Shown one piece after another: positions 26,313-32,000 of a stretch of 32,000 nt of DNA; positions within the stretch are counted from its first letter, which is position 1; the number at the start of each line of letters is the position of its first letter. Source of the stretch: Desulfobulbus propionicus DSM 2032 (GTDB lineage Bacteria > Desulfobacterota > Desulfobulbia > Desulfobulbales > Desulfobulbaceae). The stretch lies in NCBI RefSeq assembly GCF_000186885.1, contig NC_014972.1:1290001-1322000 (forward strand), given 5' to 3'. Below the pieces are notes generated by a model, which searched no databases, had not been told where the DNA came from, and was given only the letters and a program-made list of their open reading frames with translations. The position numbers and the translations under genes were made by a program.

Positions 26313-28220
26313 TTATTTCAGGCTGTTCGGGTCATGACAGGAGATCCCGCAGGAGTTCGTGTACGGGATGGGCATGGCCTTGTCCGGGTCCACGCCCTTC
26401 ACATACTTGTTGTCCTTGCGGGGGACGATGAGCAGGTGGGAAGTGATGTCGTTTTCCCAATAGTTCTTGCCATCGGCCGTCACCAGTCCTTTGCCGAAGC
26501 CTGCTCCGGTTTGGGCCGTCTTGAACTGATGGCAGTTGGTGCAGGTGATCTTGGTTTCCGGTCCGTGCGCCATGCCCACGGCGTTCTCGGTATGCTTGGC
26601 CATATCCTTCTGCGCGGTATGGCAGCTCTGACAGTAGGTGCTTCCCGGCGTGACCGCATCCTGGCGCATCTGATGCTTGAACGCTGACCCGCCATGAGGA
26701 TCGTGACAGGTGGTGCAGCTTAGGATCTGCTCAGCGTTGCGGTATTTTGTCGAACGGATAAAGTCGAGATACTGCTGATGATGCGACTTGGAATGGGATT
26801 CCCACACATCCTTGGGCGAGGCATCCTCACGGGTGGTGAAGTTGACCAGATACTCGTTCCGACTGATGCCCGGAGCCATCATCTTGTTGTCCTTGTTGAC
26901 CGGCTGGTCATTGTTGAGGAAACCCTGGGGCCGAGAATGGCATTGGCCGCAGATGACCGAGGCCCTTTCTGAAGCCAGTTTACCGGGACTGACAATGGTG
27001 GCAGCTTTTTTCGCGGCCGGTGCCTTGACGTGGGCCGATCCGGCACCGTGACAGGACTCGCAGCCGATGTTCAGTTCGTTGGGCACGCCGTCGCCGTCGA
27101 TGTCTGCCTCGCCGTTCGGATCATTGACCGCGCCGGCGATGTACTCCCCAGAATCCAGTTTGGTGAGACTGTATCCGGTATAGTGGCAGGAGGCGCATTC
27201 CTTTTCAAAGGACTTGGCGATAGGAGGGTCGGTGAGTTTCTTGGTTTCCTCGTTGAAGAACCAGTCCGCATGGTAGTCCCTGAACTGCTTCCGCGTCCGG
27301 TTACCGTACTCATCCTTGCCGTGCTCGTTGTACTGCAGGAACGGATAGAGGCTCTTGCCAACGTGCAGGAGATAACGCTGTTTATAGAGACCTCCGCCGT
27401 AGGTCAGTTCCACCGGATACTCCCGAGGGGGATCGGATGGATCCTTCAGATTCTGCATCTTGATCTTGACGTGTCCCTTGTCGTCGGCGGAGAAGGTGGC
27501 GCTCAGGCTGGCGGTAGTGGGATCTTTCGGCATTTCTCGGGCGACCTTGTACTTGTCGAATCCGCGTTCCTTGTCAAAATCAAAGAAATAGAAGGTTGCT
27601 CCAGCCTTGAGAATGTTGAGACCGTTGTCGATTTCAACAAACCGCGAAGAATCCTGGAGTTTGCTGTCCTTGCCGGCAACTCGGATGCCTAGTTTATGGA
27701 GGGTCATCTTTTCGGTGGCATAATCCTTGTGGCAGTTGAGGCAACTGGTCGTGCCCACGAAGGTGGCACCTGCGGGGGTATTGCCCGAAAGAAGAATTTC
27801 GACCGGCTTCCCCTTCAACGCTTTAGGGGAGATGGCGACATCAGCCTTGTTGCCACCGGGCAGATAGGTCGCATCCGCCGGGACGACGTAAAGGAAGTAT
27901 TTTGCCTCGGCGACGTCGGCAATCTTGAATTTGCCCTGCTTGTCGGAGACTCCTTTTTTGTAGGTATCTTTGTTGGCCGCTAGATTGTCCTCCAGCGGTT
28001 CATCATTAGCGGCATTTTTTTTGACCTCCAGCGGGGTTTTCGCCATTGCCGCCACGTCTGTGGCTGGAATCAGATAGACGGTAGCCTTGGGCACGACGTG
28101 TTTCGATGCATCCTTGACAACGCCGCTTATGGTGGTGCCGGCCATCAGTGGCCTGCCCGCCAGGAGCAACACTCCCAAGCTCATGACAAAATACGACACG
28201 ATTCTGTACCAATGTTTCAT
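26313..28220 (-). CDS. Multiheme c-type cytochrome (seven CXXCH plus one CX3CH) with signal peptide and N-terminal CarboxypepD_reg-like domain
   Basis: ATG 28220 with SD GGAGG gives MKHWYRIVSYFVMSLGVLLLAGRPLMAG. Heme motifs are CLNCH, CASCH, CESCH, CGQCH, CTTCH, CQSCH, CTNCH and CGISCH. The track's longer 728-aa version starts in the leader and was rejected. Confidence 0.85.
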   Translation of the reverse strand: MKHWYRIVSYFVMSLGVLLLAGRPLMAGTTISGVVKDASKHVVPKATVYLIPATDVAAMAKTPLEVKKNAANDEPLEDNLAANKDTYKKGVSDKQGKFKIADVAEAKYFLYVVPADATYLPGGNKADVAISPKALKGKPVEILLSGNTPAGATFVGTTSCLNCHKDYATEKMTLHKLGIRVAGKDSKLQDSSRFVEIDNGLNILKAGATFYFFDFDKERGFDKYKVAREMPKDPTTASLSATFSADDKGHVKIKMQNLKDPSDPPREYPVELTYGGGLYKQRYLLHVGKSLYPFLQYNEHGKDEYGNRTRKQFRDYHADWFFNEETKKLTDPPIAKSFEKECASCHYTGYSLTKLDSGEYIAGAVNDPNGEADIDGDGVPNELNIGCESCHGAGSAHVKAPAAKKAATIVSPGKLASERASVICGQCHSRPQGFLNNDQPVNKDNKMMAPGISRNEYLVNFTTREDASPKDVWESHSKSHHQQYLDFIRSTKYRNAEQILSCTTCHDPHGGSAFKHQMRQDAVTPGSTYCQSCHTAQKDMAKHTENAVGMAHGPETKITCTNCHQFKTAQTGAGFGKGLVTADGKNYWENDITSHLLIVPRKDNKYVKGVDPDKAMPIPYTNSCGISCHDPNSLK

Positions 28221-28471
28221 CTGGGCACCTCCTGCAAGAAGGGATGGGGCGAACCACAAACAAATCGAACCGTCAGCGCGGCCTTTGTTCATGGGGGGGT
28301 GCAGCGTGGAGGAAAGGTCAGTGGGAAAAAATGGATGAGGGGATGGACTCTCCCGCCGTGTGTCACGGTCGGTGCATAAGGGGGAATTGCAGAGCGCGTT
28401 CACGGACCGGGAGAGAGTATTCACGTGCAGCCCCCCTTTGTTTACCTTTTGGATGCTCAAACAATAAGGCA

Positions 28472-28499
28472 AAATTACAAATGATCGTATCGAAGTCAA
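28472..28499 (-). promoter_or_regulatory. Possible sigma-70 promoter for the cytochrome gene
   Basis: The minus strand reads TTGACT-16 nt-TAATTT in the only AT-rich patch of the 520-bp divergent intergenic region. This implies a leader of roughly 250-270 nt. Confidence 0.3.
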
Positions 28500-28741
28500 T
28501 CTATTTTTTTATGGAAATTTCGAAAGATACCTTGACATCAAGCCATCTTGTGTTCTCTTGAAACCAGACGGGTGGCGCAGCGAATCCGACCAGGAAAAAG
28601 AGGGGAGGGCAAGGCCCTTGTTGCGTATCACCACAAAGGGGGAAAGCAATGTGGGCCATCGGGCATTGCCGGGTCAGCATGTGACATCTTGAAGCCGATC
28701 ACTGCGGCGAAGACAGAGAACCATACAGAAAGGATCGAATC

Positions 28742-29530
28742 ATGGACTATTTGATCATCGCCCTTTGCGCTTTCCTGGCCTCCGGGTTGACCCTGTATTC
28801 GGGATTTGGCTTGGGGACCTTGCTCCTGCCGGTATTCGCTCTCTTTGTTCCGGTGGAGGTGGCGGTGGGGGCAACCGCTTTGGTGCACGGGGCCAACAAT
28901 ATCCTCAAGGTGGCCATTGTCGGCCAGCATGCGGACAGAGACCTGGTGCTCCGTTTCGGCATTCCGGCCGTGGTCGCCGCCTTTGCCGGGGCAGCGACAC
29001 TTGGCTATGTCGCCCATTTCGGCGCGATCTTCAGCTATGCCATCGGGTCGCGAATCGCCATCATCACCCCGGTCAAGCTGACCATGGGCACACTGATGTT
29101 CGTCTTTGCGTTGTTTGAATTGGTGCCAAAATTGCGGAGCCTGCGCGTTGACCGCAAATATCTCGTCCTCGGCGGACTGCTGTCAGGGTTTTTCGGCGGA
29201 TTCTCGGGACATCAGGGGGCCTTGCGCTCCGCGTTTCTCACCAAGGTCGGGATCTCGCCTCAAGCCTTTGTCGGCACCAATGCCCTCATCGGCTTCCTGG
29301 TCGATCTGGCCCGAATCGCGGTCTATGGTTCGGTCTTTTTCCTGACCGGAACAGGTGACGCCTTTGACCGCCACCAATGGTCAATGATCGCGGTCGGTTG
29401 CCTGACCGCCTTTGCCGGCGTTCTCATCGGTAAACGGTATCTGCATACACTCACCATGCGCACCATCCAAACCATCACCGGAACCTTGCTTTTGGGGATT
29501 TCAATTGCCCTGCTGGCGGGAGTGCTTTGA
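28742..29530 (+). CDS. TSUP (TauE/SafE, DUF81) family anion exporter/permease
   Basis: 262 aa polytopic protein. MDYLIIALCAFLASGLTLYSGFGLGTLLLPVF and the second-half repeat GGLLSGFFGGFSGHQGALRSAFL are typical of the TSUP two-repeat architecture. Confidence 0.85.
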   Translation: MDYLIIALCAFLASGLTLYSGFGLGTLLLPVFALFVPVEVAVGATALVHGANNILKVAIVGQHADRDLVLRFGIPAVVAAFAGAATLGYVAHFGAIFSYAIGSRIAIITPVKLTMGTLMFVFALFELVPKLRSLRVDRKYLVLGGLLSGFFGGFSGHQGALRSAFLTKVGISPQAFVGTNALIGFLVDLARIAVYGSVFFLTGTGDAFDRHQWSMIAVGCLTAFAGVLIGKRYLHTLTMRTIQTITGTLLLGISIALLAGVL

Positions 29531-29588
29531 TTGTTTCCACGCTGGCGCACGGGAACAATCGTCCGTTGCCGCCCAGCGGCAAGGTCCG

Positions 29589-29693
29589 CTATTCAGGTTT
29601 GCGGCCCAGGGCCTTGGTGCCTGCATGACGCGTTTTGCTCTCCAGCCGCCGCTTGCAGGCCGCCAGGGTAGGCTTGGTGGGGACGGTCGGCAT
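29589..29693 (-). pseudogene. Internally deleted arfB copy (34 codons: start codon plus C-terminal basic tail only)
   Basis: The minus strand reads ATG CCG ACC GTC CCC ACC AAG ... AAA CCT GAA TAG = MPTVPTKPTLAACKRRLESKTRHAGTKALGRKPE. Full ArfB begins MPT and ends with RPTKPTLAARKRRLESKTRHARTKALRRKPE. DNA 29566..29681 is about 90% identical by eye to 25732..25849. Confidence 0.7.
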
Positions 29694-29775
29694 GGTCGTT
29701 TGTGGTCAGGAGAAGCGTGGGGGATACGGACTGATCAAAAATCGACAATAACACGGATCAGCCCACCCGAGCCCG

Positions 29776-30400
29776 GTAGGTTGGGGTGAGGAACGAACCC
29801 CAACACCATCATTCTCTTTCGCCATAGCCCCTTCTTTCGTTGTCGCAAATTCCACCGCCCCAATCGCCATCAATCATCCCCGCCGCGACATAACGGTGGA
29901 TGCTTGAATACGGCCAATCCGCAGCACGGGTCGCATGGCCATGTTTCACCGGATTGAAATGGATGTACTCCACATGTCTGGCAAAGTCTCCTTCGTCTCG
30001 GATGAGATGTTCCCAATACCGGCGTTGCCAGATGCCGCGTTCTTCTTTGCTCGTCCGGCTGGCGTTCCGGCGTTCCCCTTGGGGGATATACCGCGAGAAT
30101 CCTGCTTTGATGAGCATCCACCGTCCGGGGTAGTCCGTGTCCCCTGGTGGTAGCGTCCACATCGCATGCAGATGTTCGGGTAACACCACCATGGCGTCGA
30201 TGGTGAAGGGATGTCGTTCTTTTACCACGCCGACAACCTGACGAAGGACGTCAATGTATTCCACCAACAGGGACCGGTGTCGTTCCGCAAGATTCACGGT
30301 GAAAAAAAGGTGCCGCCATCAACCCGCGCGCGCCGGTATCGCATTGCATTCCTCCGGTTTTACGACACAATGTTGGGGTTCGTGCCTCACCCCAACCTAC
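29776..30400 (-). mobile_element. RAYT unit: REP-associated tyrosine transposase gene flanked by an inverted pair of REP hairpins
   Basis: GTAGGTTGGGGTGAGGAACGAACCCCAACA (29776..29805) and its reverse complement with one mismatch (30371..30400) bracket the gene. Each copy is an 8-bp hairpin (GTTGGGGT/ACCCCAAC). Confidence 0.75.
29809..30344 (-). pseudogene. REP-associated tyrosine transposase (IS200/IS605 Y1 family, RAYT) with a frameshift in an A7/T7 run
   Basis: The body carries HUH (VLPEHLHAMW) and the catalytic Tyr region (VEYIHFNPVKHG). The true start ATG 30344 (SD GGAGGA) gives MRYRRARVDGGTFF and then hits a stop. One extra T in the T7 run (plus-strand A7 at 30302..30308) would restore GGTFFFTVNLAERHRSLL. 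Confidence 0.75.
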
Positions 30401-30550
30401 CTTGCTACCTTGCTCAACCAGGTATTTCTCACAAAAATCCAGATAGAAACGGAGCCACTTTTTGTAATGGATGTGATACGTGTCGGCAATGTTGTGGGCG
30501 AAAAGACACTCCTCGAAACGAGTCAGTAATGTAGCGGGAATTGAAATCAT
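30401..30550 (-). pseudogene. Truncated N-terminal fragment of a tyrosine recombinase, probably the integron integrase
   Basis: MISIPATLLTRFEECLFAHNIADTYHIHYKKWLRFYLDFCEKYLVEQGSK resembles the N-terminal SAM-like domain of IntI (recalled IntI1: [33 protein letters not shown]). It is divergent from the cassette and roughly 220 bp from the attI-like crossover. The reading frame runs straight into the REP hairpin at 30400. Confidence 0.45.
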
Positions 30551-30740
30551 AGGGAATCTCGAAGACGGGTTATCCTTCCAAATGGAAGGATATACAGAAA
30601 AGCGGGTATTCAAAAACCATCGATTTGTCAATGACAATCTTTATAAATACTAGTAAGTAAGCCATGATATCGGCCTTAAACGCAAGGGCAGAGGAATGCC
30701 GGCACGAAAAACTCATCCCGGCCCGCTCTGCAAATCTAGA

Positions 30741-30773
30741 TGTTATACAGATCAGCAGAATAACTTGTTAGGC
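30741..30773 (+). other. attI-like recombination junction (GTTAT...ATAAC TT GTTAGGC)
   Basis: GATGTTATACAGATCAGCAGAATAACTTGTTAGGC has the core GTTAGGC (GTTRRRY) at 30767..30773, preceded by an RYYYAAC-like GAATAAC. It resembles my recollection of attI1 (GATGTTACGCAGCAG...CCTAAAACAAAGTTAGGC). Confidence 0.45.
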
Positions 30774-31655
30774 CCATCACCGGGCAAAATCGCAAACTGT
30801 AAGTAAGGGGGAACTTCATGGCGATGACAAAGTGTAAGGAGTGCGGAACCGAGATCAGTACCACTGCTGACGCATGCCCCAAATGTGGCGCAAAACAAGT
30901 GCGAACCTCTGGCTGTGCCAAGGTTGTTCTTGGCGTTCTCGGATTCTTCGTTTTTGTCGCAATTGTCGGACAATGCAGCCGTTCTGATACGAGCTCGCCT
31001 TCAACGTCAGCAACCTCTGCAAGCTCATCGTCAGCTACTGCAAAGCCGGCAGCGGCGCCAACCCCGCCTCCTCCTCCCGCCCCAGGGTCACAATGGCGCT
31101 ACGGCCAAGACGAAGACCCGATGGGCAAAGGCACAACTCTGCTGGCTCAGGTAACAAGCACAAATGTAGTGCTGTTTGATTCGCCGTATGGCGGGCCTCA
31201 GCATGGAACACTTACTTTGCGCACCCATCCTCGTCACGGAAAAGACATCATTCTCGGCATTGAGCGCGGGCAGTTTCTTTGCCGCTCTTACGAGGATTGC
31301 AATGTTCTCGTGCGCTTCGACGATCAGAAAGCGGTGACTTACGCTGGTGTAGGCCCTGCAGACAATAGTACTGAGTCAGTTTTCATCCGTAACTACTCGC
31401 GCTTTGTCTCAAACATGCTCAAGGCCAAGCGGGTACGTATCTCAGCTGAGGTGTACCAAGAGGGGGCGCCCGTATTCGAGTTTGACGTTAGCGATTTCAG
31501 TGAGGCCAAGTACAAGGGCAAGCAGTGATTCTTGCATCACCGCGGGTGGGCCTAACAATTCGTTCAAGCCGAACTTGCTTCGTTACGGCAAAAGCGTGGC
31601 AGAAACAGCTTGCCACGCTTTTGCCTCCACTACGCAAGTCGGCTTAACTCAGGCG
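30768..31655 (+). mobile_element. Integron gene cassette (888 bp) with one ORF and its attC
   Basis: The cassette starts TTAGGC and ends ...CTCAGGCG. Circularising it gives R-prime GTTAGGC, the exact complement of the attC R-double-prime GCCTAAC at 31550. Confidence 0.75.
30818..31528 (+). CDS. Cassette-encoded hypothetical membrane-anchored protein (zinc ribbon, TM helix, Ser/Pro-rich linker, ~140-aa C-terminal domain)
   Basis: ATG 30818 follows GGGGGA. CKECGTEISTTADACPKCG is a CxxC-N11-CxxC zinc ribbon, VVLGVLGFFVFVAIVG is the TM helix, and SSPSTSATSASSSSATAKPAAAPTPPPPPAP is the linker. GC content is visibly lower than in the rest of the window. Confidence 0.75.
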   Translation: MAMTKCKECGTEISTTADACPKCGAKQVRTSGCAKVVLGVLGFFVFVAIVGQCSRSDTSSPSTSATSASSSSATAKPAAAPTPPPPPAPGSQWRYGQDEDPMGKGTTLLAQVTSTNVVLFDSPYGGPQHGTLTLRTHPRHGKDIILGIERGQFLCRSYEDCNVLVRFDDQKAVTYAGVGPADNSTESVFIRNYSRFVSNMLKAKRVRISAEVYQEGAPVFEFDVSDFSEAKYKGKQ

Positions 31656-31661
31656 TTATCC
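31550..31661 (+). other. attC (59-base-element type) integron recombination site, 112 bp
   Basis: R-double-prime GCCTAAC is followed by L-double-prime AATTCGTTCAAGCCGA. There is a central 15-bp perfect stem (31587..31601 / 31611..31625), then L-prime TCGGCTTAACTCAGGC and R-prime GTTATCC. The arms are almost identical to the aadA1 attC arms as I recall them (CTAACAATTCGTTCAAGCCGA ... CGGCTTAACTCAAGCGTTA). Confidence 0.8.
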
Positions 31662-31662
31662 C

Positions 31663-31765
31663 GTTTCTGGTTATCACTCAGTGTTTCCAGCTTGAAGGTT
31701 CACGATTTACTTTTTTAGGTTTTCGCTCCCTGGTTCTCATGCGGTTTTGGAGGATAACCAGAAAC
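31663..31765. repeat. 13-bp inverted repeat carrying core-site-like GTTATC/GATAAC motifs directly after the attC
   Basis: GTTTCTGGTTATC (31663..31675) is the reverse complement of GATAACCAGAAAC (31753..31765). It is flanked by the direct repeat CGTTATCCC (31654) / CGTTTATCCCC (31766). Confidence 0.5.
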
Positions 31766-31851
31766 CGTTTATCCCCTTTGCGTCATGCAAATGGGCTTGC
31801 GTGCATTCAGTATCGGGAATGAATGACCAGCCCCTCCTTATCGAGCAATTC

Positions 31852-32000
31852 CTAGATTCCACTGGGAAGCTTGTCCCGCATCATCTGCTTTCTCTCGATA
31901 GTTTGGCCATCGACTCTAAAGGTGCCGTCGCCCACGGCATGGAGCATTCTCTTCTCCGCGCGAGCATTGTCAACGTAGGCCGCGATTCCTCGCAGCACGA
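31852..32000 (-). CDS. Partial ORF (C-terminal 49 codons) entering from the right edge, unknown function
   Basis: Hand translation of the minus strand gives ...VLRGIAAYVDNARAEKRMLHAVGDGTFRVDGQTIERKQMMRDKLPSGI followed by TAG at 31854..31852. Orientation is opposite to the cassette ORF. There is no motif support. Confidence 0.3.
   Translation of the reverse strand, partial: VLRGIAAYVDNARAEKRMLHAVGDGTFRVDGQTIERKQMMRDKLPSGI

Noticed and set aside
26313-28499. 728-aa version of the cytochrome ORF
   Set aside because: The extra 93 residues have no signal peptide. MKHWYRIV... at ATG 28220 has a GGAGG SD and a classical signal sequence.
28221-28499. c-di-GMP/cGAMP (GEMM-I) riboswitch upstream of the cytochrome gene
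   Set aside because: The conserved GGCAAACC...GACGCAAAGCC core that I recall for GEMM-I is absent from the leader on the relevant strand.
30397-30412. Tandem 8-bp duplication CTACCTTG CTACCTTG next to the right REP, considered as a target-site duplication
   Set aside because: The copies are adjacent rather than flanking the element, and the first overlaps the REP consensus itself. As far as I know, RAYT/REP elements do not generate target-site duplications.
30251-30637. 128-aa minus-strand ORF taken as one protein
   Set aside because: It is chimeric. An integrase-like N-terminal segment is followed by translation of the REP hairpin and of the RAYT upstream region, and it overlaps the RAYT 5-prime end.
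31610-31822. 70-aa plus-strand ORF after the cassette gene
   Set aside because: It starts inside the attC stem, spans the palindromic unit, and has no SD or motif. It is most likely non-coding.

Overview
High-GC window, probably a Desulfuromonadota-like bacterium (guess from gene content). All calls were made by eye from the ORF translations and DNA; no searches were run. Almost everything between 5.1 and 28.3 kb is on the minus strand. Left third is housekeeping: partial icmF, a frameshifted AraC regulator, a SAM methyltransferase, an MBL-fold lipoprotein, and a putative sigma-54 operon (CheY-like regulator, CBS protein, DASS and NhaD-type transporters, NifX-like protein, degenerate receiver), then a flavoprotein/HD pair. 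Main finding (12.4-23.0 kb): a tight three-gene operon I cannot match to any named defence system. It encodes a 1789-aa protein with two Ser-hydrolase (lipase-like) domains and a CHAT caspase-fold protease, a small TIR protein, and a ParA/MinD-like ATPase whose P-loop Lys is replaced by Arg (KGGTGRT), fused to six 42-aa TPR repeats. A beta-barrel outer-membrane protein and a stand-alone C14 caspase-like peptidase with its own promoter lie upstream. Further right: a Pif1/RecD-like helicase, arfB, an octaheme-type c cytochrome and a TSUP permease. The right end is a rearrangement hotspot. It holds a 34-codon internally deleted arfB copy, a REP-flanked RAYT transposase frameshifted in an A7 run, and a degenerate integron (truncated integrase N-terminus, attI-like junction, one complete cassette with a canonical attC).
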